A stretch of DNA of 53,648 bases from an uncultured Rickettsiales bacterium (lineage in GTDB: Bacteria > Pseudomonadota > Alphaproteobacteria > Rs-D84): assembly GCA_947176385.1 (NCBI GenBank), contig CAMWQN010000004.1, forward strand, positions 1 through 53,648. Direction: 5' to 3'. Numbering within the stretch: the first letter of the stretch is position 1; each line of letters starts with the position of its first letter. Shown in pieces: positions 18,014 through 24,460 of the stretch. The notes under the pieces were generated by a model. It saw only the letters and a program-made list of their open reading frames with translations, was not told the DNA's origin and did no database searches. The translations under genes and the position numbers were made by a program.

Positions 18014-18307
18014 ATGAAAAATAAAATTTTATTGTCTGTGGCATTTATTGCGTGCTTTGGAATTGGCTTTGTGTGCGGTATGTATGCACAATCGCAAATC
18101 ATTGCAGGTCAATCTGCCCAACGTCGTGCGGAAATGTTGGCGTTCTTTGCCGAAAAGGGTGATGCGGCATCTGTTGTAAAATGCTTGGATGGAACGACAC
18201 CAGATAAATATGGATGTTGCACAGATGAAGTATATACTGATTTAGGTGATGCTGGTTTTGCGTGTTGTCCGACATCGGGCGGTGATTGTTTCCCGCCAAT
18301 ATACTAA
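18014..18307 (+). CDS. Hypothetical small exported or anchored protein with the same six-Cys module
   Basis: Hydrophobic N-terminus and the C-terminus KCLDGTTPDKYGCCTDEVYTDLGDAGFACCPTSGGDCFPPIY. GGGGGA RBS. Confidence 0.65.
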   Translation: MKNKILLSVAFIACFGIGFVCGMYAQSQIIAGQSAQRRAEMLAFFAEKGDAASVVKCLDGTTPDKYGCCTDEVYTDLGDAGFACCPTSGGDCFPPIY

Positions 18308-18322
18308 TACTATAAAACAAAT

Positions 18323-18349
18323 AAAAAACGGGCGTTTGCCCGTTCTTTT
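18323..18349. terminator. Bidirectional terminator
   Basis: AAAAAACGGGC-GTTT-GCCCGTT-CTTTT between convergent genes. Confidence 0.8.
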
Positions 18350-19187
18350 ATTTTGTGATTTGCAACTGGTGCAATATATATGGCAGACCTGTACTGTGGA
18401 ATTTTTGCTTTTCAAATGCACGCATAGCAGCATTGGTGTCCGCACCATTATATTTACGGGTAAAGCGGTCAACAATGGATTCGTTTATTTCAGCACGTTC
18501 TGATTCCATTGTATCAATGGATAATGATTTACGGTGTGGATATGCTGGTTCTATATCTGAAAACAGATAAAAATCATCTTCTTCATTATTTTCGGCGTGG
18601 GTATTTATGCCGCTATTTAATTCATAATCATCAAAATTACCGAAATATAAATCATCGTTTGGATCAATATCGTATTCGTCATATATTCCGTATTCTTGTG
18701 TTTGTTTCAGCCACATAAGATATTCCATATAATAGTTATATTCCTGTGTGTTATGGATGGATTCAACAAATTGACGTAATTCTTGGCGGGCAATATCAGC
18801 TTTTTGTGCGGCGATTTTATCGGCTGCCTCTAATTCTGCGACAACAGCATTTTGCCATTGTTGAACGGCTGCGGCACGTGACATTTTTACATCGTTATCA
18901 AAGTATGCAGCCAATGCAGGTTTGTTAATGTTTTTGCGGAATTTGCTGCGTTGCTTTTTTGCTTTTGGTGTTGCAACAGGTGTTGGTACAGGTTTTGCAA
19001 CCGCCAATGGACGCGCCTTTTTAGATGTTTTACGCTGCGCAGCCGGCTTGGGCGCAAATCCCTTTTGTGTTTTTGGTGTGATATCCTTGGTTGGATAAAC
19101 TGTCAGTGTGTAATGTGTTGATGCATGCTTTGGGATACGTTTCAAAGAGAATGGTAAAACTAGATGTATTGAGTATATGTGTGCCAT
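18348..19187 (-). CDS. Hypothetical protein with a basic Pro/Lys/Ala N-terminal region and an acidic Tyr/Asp/Glu-rich C-terminal region
   Basis: I chose the start at MAHIY (ATG at 19187) rather than the ORF-track start at 19280. No signal peptide and no recognisable domain. Confidence 0.5.
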   Translation of the reverse strand: MAHIYSIHLVLPFSLKRIPKHASTHYTLTVYPTKDITPKTQKGFAPKPAAQRKTSKKARPLAVAKPVPTPVATPKAKKQRSKFRKNINKPALAAYFDNDVKMSRAAAVQQWQNAVVAELEAADKIAAQKADIARQELRQFVESIHNTQEYNYYMEYLMWLKQTQEYGIYDEYDIDPNDDLYFGNFDDYELNSGINTHAENNEEDDFYLFSDIEPAYPHRKSLSIDTMESERAEINESIVDRFTRKYNGADTNAAMRAFEKQKFHSTGLPYILHQLQITK

Positions 19188-19280
19188 AAAAAATCCTTTT
19201 CTTGTATATAGTTTATAGCAGGGTTGTGACGCGTAATTCAAGTACAAAATTGTGTATCTGACAAGACTGTGAATAAACAC

Positions 19281-19308
19281 TTGCGTTTGTGAAAATATTG
19301 TATATAAT
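19281..19308 (+). promoter_or_regulatory. Sigma70-like promoter for the tRNA-Gly/tRNA-Tyr pair
   Basis: TTGCGT (19281-19286), 16-nt spacer, TATAAT (19303-19308), about 20 nt upstream of tRNA-Gly. Confidence 0.55.
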
Positions 19309-19328
19309 CAGAGGGCTTACAATTTGTT

Positions 19329-19403
19329 GCGGGCATAGTACAAAGGCTAGTATGCAAGCCTTCCAAGCTTGAAATGCGGGTTCGATTCCCGCTGCCCGCA
19401 CCA
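19329..19403 (+). tRNA. tRNA-Gly (anticodon UCC), CCA encoded
   Basis: Acceptor GCGGGCA/TGCCCGC; anticodon stem CAAGC/GCTTG with loop CTTCCAA; T arm GCGGG-TTCGATT-CCCGC. Confidence 0.9.
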
Positions 19404-19408
19404 AGATT

Positions 19409-19495
19409 GGGCGTGCGCCGGAGTTGGAGAGCCGGGGCAGACTGTAAATCTGTTGGCTTAAGCCTGAGCTGGTTCGAATCCAGCCACTCCCACCA
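19409..19495 (+). tRNA. tRNA-Tyr (anticodon GUA), class II long variable arm, CCA encoded
   Basis: Anticodon arm GCAGA-CTGTAAA-TCTGT, long variable arm, T arm GCTGG-TTCGAAT-CCAGC. The acceptor GGGCGTG/CACTCCC has one C:U mismatch, and position 8 reads C in my fold. Confidence 0.8.
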
Positions 19496-19498
19496 GAA

Positions 19499-19529
19499 TA
19501 AAAAATGCCGGTTTTACCGGTGTTTTTTT
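19499..19529 (+). terminator. Intrinsic terminator after tRNA-Tyr
   Basis: GCCGG-TTTTA-CCGGT hairpin followed by a T run. Confidence 0.7.
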
Positions 19530-19652
19530 ATGTCGGTTGTGTCTTTTGGATTTGAATTATGCGATGTATGTTTTGGTGGTAATATAGAATTTTATTTCTA
19601 AATAGGATTGTTTGTTGTTATAATTTACAATATATGAAAATAGGGTAAATAA

Positions 19653-20219
19653 ATGTTGGCAGTTGTTCGTAAGTTAATATTATGTAGTGTTGTTTTCTGT
19701 ATGCCTTGTTTGTCGGTGATGGCGGATACCATGGTTGTCAAGGTGCCTGTATTGAACGTCAGACAATGCCCCAGCACAGATTGCAAGATTGTTAAAAAGT
19801 TATCAAAAGGCGACAGGGTAAATGTTGAAAGTATTGATAAAGGCTGGGCTGAAATAGAGATAGATAAATATAAGACAGGTTATACAATAAGTCGTTCTTT
19901 GCGAGATAGTTATTTTTATCTGTGGTATTATGTGATTGGTGGTGTGGCAATATATCTGTTGTTGGTGTATTTGTTCTATCAGGTAAAAAATAAGTGTCCA
20001 AGTTGTAAAAAATTTGGTGCATTAAAGGAAGTTAATCGTGAATGTATAGAAAAATTAAAGTCTAATATAAAAAAAACGGCAACGACACGTTATAAGAATC
20101 ATACCAGAACGCGCGAATATATCGTGCCGGCGACCGTATATAAGTATGAGGTGACCAAGAAGTGTACAACCTGCGGGCATATTGTTAAATCAATAGAAAG
20201 TGAAAAACTGGAAAATTGA
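19653..20219 (+). CDS. Hypothetical protein with signal peptide, bacterial SH3-like domain, TM helix and a CxxC...CxxC zinc-ribbon-like tail
   Basis: VLNVRQCPSTDCKIVKKLSKGDRVNVESIDKGWAEIE (SH3b pattern); TM helix LWYYVIGGVAIYLLLVYLFY; KCPSCKKFG ... CTTCGH. Confidence 0.55.
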   Translation: MLAVVRKLILCSVVFCMPCLSVMADTMVVKVPVLNVRQCPSTDCKIVKKLSKGDRVNVESIDKGWAEIEIDKYKTGYTISRSLRDSYFYLWYYVIGGVAIYLLLVYLFYQVKNKCPSCKKFGALKEVNRECIEKLKSNIKKTATTRYKNHTRTREYIVPATVYKYEVTKKCTTCGHIVKSIESEKLEN

Positions 20220-20238
20220 TATCTAATGAATAAAAAAC

Positions 20239-20262
20239 AACACCCGGTTATCGGGTGTTTTA
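20239..20262. terminator. Bidirectional terminator
   Basis: AACACCCG-GTTA-TCGGGTGTT flanked by an A run and a T run, between convergent genes. Confidence 0.75.
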
Positions 20263-20266
20263 TTTA

Positions 20267-20578
20267 TTACTTTGCGTCTGGGGTGATGCCCAGTTCGTTC
20301 ATGACCTTTTGTTCGCCGCGGTTGTATTGGGATGCCATTTCTGGCGACAATATGTTAATCAATTTTAACAGTGCGCCTGCATGGTGCATTTCATCATTTG
20401 CCAAATCTGTCAAAACTGTTTTTACTGCGTCGTTGTCTGTGCTGTCGATAATTTGCTGATATATCTGTATCGTTTCGTATTCTGATGCAATGCCAAATTG
20501 CAGGGCACGCAGAACCTCGGCTTTATTCAATTTGCGGGTTGGATTATAGACTGTATTTATATCACCAAATGATGGCAT
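20267..20578 (-). CDS. Ferritin-like protein of the encapsulated-ferritin (EncFtn) type
   Basis: 103 aa. ASEYETIQIYQQ and LANDEMHHAGALLKLI reproduce the E-x6-Y and E-x2-H spacing of EncFtn ferroxidase residues. Strong AAGGAG RBS. Confidence 0.55.
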   Translation of the reverse strand: MPSFGDINTVYNPTRKLNKAEVLRALQFGIASEYETIQIYQQIIDSTDNDAVKTVLTDLANDEMHHAGALLKLINILSPEMASQYNRGEQKVMNELGITPDAK

Positions 20579-20735
20579 TTGTTTGGACTCCTTCTTGTAT
20601 GTTTATGATAGTGCATATATTGGTCATGTGGTACAGGAGTGTTTTCTTGATTGGTGCCGGATAAGATTCCGATTTGTCTTGTTTTTTCTGCATGACTAAT
20701 TTATCATTCAAAGTGAAATACACAAGGGGACAAGA

Positions 20736-22145
20736 ATGAAAAAAGTTACTTTGTTTGCTGGTTTGTTAATGTTGGCTGCCTGTGGTGGCGGTGGTGGTTC
20801 TGGTGGTGGTGCTGGGATAATTGCCACAAGTGGTACGCGATTCCCAAATCATGATGTGAAAGTGTCAGATGATGTCAAAAACAGCAATGCAAAGTTGTTA
20901 ACTATGCCGTCCAGTATTGCGGATGAATCTGTTCGAACTGCATATTTGAAAAAGGCTTTGGGGGCAGATGGATATGACTATTATGTTAAGGATTTGCGCA
21001 ATGCGTCCCAGACAGCGTCTGTGAATAATTTAAATGCAAAGAAGGTTCCACGCGCGTCATCAGGGTGCAATACAGACGCAGAATGCAATCAGTTGATTTT
21101 TGATAATATGAAAGACATTCTGGAGAAGTTGGCTGCCGGTAACTATGATTTGGATAATGCGTCTGTTGAGGATATTAGAAATGTTCGTCGTGCGTTACAG
21201 ATTGCAGGATATAAAATTCCTAAGGCAACAGAAGATGGAAATACACTGAAAGAATGGATTGCAAAAAACAAAGATACGTTTGAAGCCACTGCAAAAGAAG
21301 TCTATGAAAGACCGGACTTGAATGCAACAAAACATTTCTGGTTGGACAGTGCCAGTTTCCGTGCATTGGTGACGAATGGCGCCAGCGATAAAATGGTGCT
21401 GGATATAAATGATGATGGCGAAATAACAGGTGTTAAATTTGTAGATAATGGTTCTGGGTCGTCAAAGTTTTCCCCGGCTGTATTTTACAGTTCTATGAAA
21501 CGTATCGATGACACAAATGAATTTGATGCGAAATCTGCTTTTACTGACGGTAAATTGGTTATGGAATCATATGCCAAAGATTTGGGGTTAAAGTATGCAG
21601 ACTTTGGTGTTCTGACATATAATGGTACGATTGGTGTTGCAGATAAAACAGGATATAACATTCCATTTATGGGTGGGTTTGATGCAAAAAGGATAAATAA
21701 ATCTGAATTGGAATCAGATGTCACTTTCAAGGGAACTGCCAAGGGTACGGTTAATCCATCAAATAATGCAGCAAAAGATGGTGTAAAAAATCTGACCATT
21801 GAAGACAAGAATGCGACATTGACATTTAACAAAGAAAATGTCACTGAAACATTCAATGCTAAATTTGATAATTGGTATGATGTGACTGCAACCAAGAAAG
21901 CCGGTGGGACGATTGATATAGAATTTTCAGATGGTGGAAAAAATATAAATGAAAATTATCAGTTTAGCGAAACGAAGGGAAATAAAGCTGTCTTGGAAAC
22001 CGCATATTATGGTGACTATAAACAACCGGATGAGGCAACAGCACTGATTCAATATCAGGGACAAGCCAAAAATCCAGGCGATGGTAATATCCAAGACGAT
22101 GGTAACATCAATATGTTCTTGGGCTTTGGCGGTACAGCGAAATAA
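20736..22145 (+). CDS. Surface-lipoprotein candidate with a TbpB/fHbp-like C-terminal beta-barrel (putative Slam substrate)
   Basis: Lipobox LLMLAAC followed by a Gly/Ser linker (GGGGGSGGGAG). The C-terminus VTFKGTAKGT...LTFNKENV...AYYGDYKQPDEATA...FLGFGG resembles lipoprotein handle/barrel domains. A DUF560 gene lies immediately downstream. Confidence 0.6.
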   Translation: MKKVTLFAGLLMLAACGGGGGSGGGAGIIATSGTRFPNHDVKVSDDVKNSNAKLLTMPSSIADESVRTAYLKKALGADGYDYYVKDLRNASQTASVNNLNAKKVPRASSGCNTDAECNQLIFDNMKDILEKLAAGNYDLDNASVEDIRNVRRALQIAGYKIPKATEDGNTLKEWIAKNKDTFEATAKEVYERPDLNATKHFWLDSASFRALVTNGASDKMVLDINDDGEITGVKFVDNGSGSSKFSPAVFYSSMKRIDDTNEFDAKSAFTDGKLVMESYAKDLGLKYADFGVLTYNGTIGVADKTGYNIPFMGGFDAKRINKSELESDVTFKGTAKGTVNPSNNAAKDGVKNLTIEDKNATLTFNKENVTETFNAKFDNWYDVTATKKAGGTIDIEFSDGGKNINENYQFSETKGNKAVLETAYYGDYKQPDEATALIQYQGQAKNPGDGNIQDDGNINMFLGFGGTAK

Positions 22146-22160
22146 TATTTAAGTGTAAAA

Positions 22161-22200
22161 AACAGATTGATTCCAGCAGTGTGCGCTGGAATCAATTGTT
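22161..22200 (+). other. Strong intercistronic hairpin between the lipoprotein and Slam genes
   Basis: Perfect 12-bp stem ATTGATTCCAGC/GCTGGAATCAAT, extendable outward, with a 7-nt loop and a weak T tract (TGTTTAATT). Confidence 0.6.
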
Positions 22201-22263
22201 TAATTCAGATATGTCATAGGAATTAAATCAAATAATGTTTACAGATTCTGTGCGGGCTGGGTA

Positions 22264-23595
22264 ATGTTAAAAAAACTGTTATTAATTTTTATATTGGTGT
22301 TGCCTTTTTCTGTTGTTGCAGAATCACAGGAAGTTACCATGACCCCAGTTCAGGCGGTACAATTGGCGGGGCAATTGGTTGATTCTGGTAAACTGGATTT
22401 GGCGCAACAGATTTTAACACAAATGCCGCCGATGAACAGTGTGCCACTGGAAATAGAACGGTGGTTTTTACTGGCGCAAATTTCGCAGCGCCAGGGTGAC
22501 ATTGACACCGCAATCAAGATTTATCGTAAAATTTTGGATGATCAGCCAAATTTGGCACGTGTTCGTTTTGAATTGGCGGTATGCTATATGCATCAGAAAA
22601 AATGGCGCAGGGCGGATTATCATTTACGCCTGGCGATGGCAGGGGGGGATTTGCCAGATAATGCAAAGCAGATGATGAATTATTATCGATATGTCATTCG
22701 TCAAAACAAGAACTGGAATGTGTGGTTTAATTTTGGTGCGGCGCCCGACAATAATGTTAATAACAGTGTCGGTGGCAGCGAATGTGTTATGACTATGTTT
22801 GGGTTGATGTGTCGTGATTTGGCGCAGCCTGAATCCGCAATCGGCAGTAATTTTTCCCTGGGTGGAAATTATGAATTTAAGTTGTCTGATAATTGGCGAT
22901 GGAAATCGGACGCAAACATTTACACAAATATTTATGACAAGCATGATTATGATGACCTGTATTTGTCATTATCAACTGGTCCCAGATATGTGTGGCGTAA
23001 CGGGGATATGTGGTTGGCTGGGGTTGGGTCACGCCGTTGGTATGGTTGGGATGCATATAATTGGTCGGCAGGGGTAAAGTTGGATACAAATTATGACTTT
23101 ACACGTAAATTGTCCGGTGGGCTGTATTTGCGTTTTATGGAAAATACGTATGATGAATATGGTGATATATTGGATGGTCAGACGTATTCCGCAAATACCA
23201 GATTAACATATTCGTTTAATGCCAGTGTTTATGCCACATTGCGTACTGGAATTGCACGCGAGGTTGCAAAAAATTCAATCTATTCATATTGGGCGCCCAG
23301 CCTGGGGATTGGTGTTGGTGCAGAATTACCATGGGGATTTCATGTGTATGCGGAACCATCTGTTTACTGGTCGCTGTATGATGACCCAAAGTGGGTTGTC
23401 AAAGATAGTCGGTTTAAACAAGTTACAGAACGTGATTTTACACATCGTTATTCTGTGTCCCTGTCAAACAATAAACTGGATATATGGGGATTTGTACCGA
23501 CAATAACTGTCAGTTATACAAAACGTGAATCAAATATCTGGCAACGTGAATACGATAAAACCGCGCTGGAATTTTCAATGCAGCAACGGTTTTAA
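22264..23595 (+). CDS. Surface lipoprotein assembly modifier (Slam, DUF560 outer-membrane protein)
   Basis: Signal peptide, then TPR-like repeats (GDIDTAIKIYRKILDDQPNLARVRFELAVCYMHQKKWRRADYHLRLA), then NWNVWFNFGAAPDNNVNNS opening a beta-barrel. Terminal Phe (SMQQRF). Confidence 0.7.
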   Translation: MLKKLLLIFILVLPFSVVAESQEVTMTPVQAVQLAGQLVDSGKLDLAQQILTQMPPMNSVPLEIERWFLLAQISQRQGDIDTAIKIYRKILDDQPNLARVRFELAVCYMHQKKWRRADYHLRLAMAGGDLPDNAKQMMNYYRYVIRQNKNWNVWFNFGAAPDNNVNNSVGGSECVMTMFGLMCRDLAQPESAIGSNFSLGGNYEFKLSDNWRWKSDANIYTNIYDKHDYDDLYLSLSTGPRYVWRNGDMWLAGVGSRRWYGWDAYNWSAGVKLDTNYDFTRKLSGGLYLRFMENTYDEYGDILDGQTYSANTRLTYSFNASVYATLRTGIAREVAKNSIYSYWAPSLGIGVGAELPWGFHVYAEPSVYWSLYDDPKWVVKDSRFKQVTERDFTHRYSVSLSNNKLDIWGFVPTITVSYTKRESNIWQREYDKTALEFSMQQRF

Positions 23596-23634
23596 TTGTG
23601 ATATATTATAACTGTGTATAGAAAAGGGGATGTT

Positions 23635-23775
23635 ATGGCAAAATTGACATACAGAATAGCTTATGAATCAGGGGCATATATCGCACGTATATATATGGGC
23701 GCAAATGTTATAAATGAAAAGGGTGGTTTCATGAACATGTTGCGTGCGCAACAATGGGCTGAAAGCCAGATATAA
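23635..23775 (+). CDS. Possible 46-aa small protein
   Basis: AAAAGGGGA RBS 4 nt before the ATG; a terminator directly follows the stop. Translation MAKLTYRIAYESGAYIARIYMGANVINEKGGFMNMLRAQQWAESQI. Below the ORF-track length cutoff. Confidence 0.35.
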   Translation: MAKLTYRIAYESGAYIARIYMGANVINEKGGFMNMLRAQQWAESQI

Positions 23776-23806
23776 AAACATCGGCAAGAAATGCCGATGT
23801 TTTTTA
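23776..23806. terminator. Bidirectional terminator
   Basis: ACATCGGCA-AGAAA-TGCCGATGT followed by a T run. Confidence 0.75.
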
Positions 23807-23807
23807 T

Positions 23808-24299
23808 TTATTTGATGCCTAAAACTGCTTTTGCGGCAGATATTATTTCCGACTGTGATTTTGTTTCGTGTGCGTGTTTAAACTGTTCCATATCGGATGG
23901 TAATGGTTTTTGATAATAGCCGGCTCTGCTGTTGTTATTATGACCATCAAATGCATCCCGATAGTTTTTTAAAGTAGTTTTCTTGATATTTAATTTTTTT
24001 GCGGCAACATCGAATGCTTTGTCCTGGGTGTATTGTGGGTACAGACTGCTGTGTTCATAATAACTGAAGCAGTATGCGATTAAATATGCCTGGCGTTTTG
24101 TTTCTTCGTCCAGTTTTTCATATGTTCTGTCTGTGCCAGATGGGGTGATTGTGTGGACGGGTGGTGTTGACTTTAATGCGATTTCTATCTTTAATAAAAT
24201 GTTAAAAAAGATGTCTTTGCTTTTTTCTTCGTTTGCAAGAATCGCGGTTTCGTAACCTGTTTTTGTTAATTGTTTTATTTCATTTAATAAATCTTTCAT
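23808..24299 (-). CDS. Hypothetical protein
   Basis: 163-aa ORF in an AT-rich pocket. No signal peptide and no domain I can name with confidence. Confidence 0.5.
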   Translation of the reverse strand: MKDLLNEIKQLTKTGYETAILANEEKSKDIFFNILLKIEIALKSTPPVHTITPSGTDRTYEKLDEETKRQAYLIAYCFSYYEHSSLYPQYTQDKAFDVAAKKLNIKKTTLKNYRDAFDGHNNNSRAGYYQKPLPSDMEQFKHAHETKSQSEIISAAKAVLGIK

Positions 24300-24460
24300 G
24301 TTTATGACCTTTTTTTGATTTATGATTTTATTATGTGTTTTATTTTTAAAATGTCAAGAATAAAAACAAAATACATTTATTATTATTTTTAGAATGCAAA
24401 AAACAATACAAAATAAACGCGAGCATAAAATGCCCGCGTTCGTTTTTATATGGTTTGTAT

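Noticed and set aside
19213-19601. 63-aa and 75-aa ORFs overlapping the tRNA genes
   Set aside because: Translations such as MVRAAGIEPA are the classic artefact of reading through tRNA T arms. The region is occupied by tRNA-Gly and tRNA-Tyr.
20226-20459. 77-aa plus-strand ORF, considered as an encapsulin or partner gene for the ferritin-like protein
   Set aside because: It is antisense to the EncFtn-like gene, starts inside the bidirectional terminator and is far too short for an HK97-fold shell protein.
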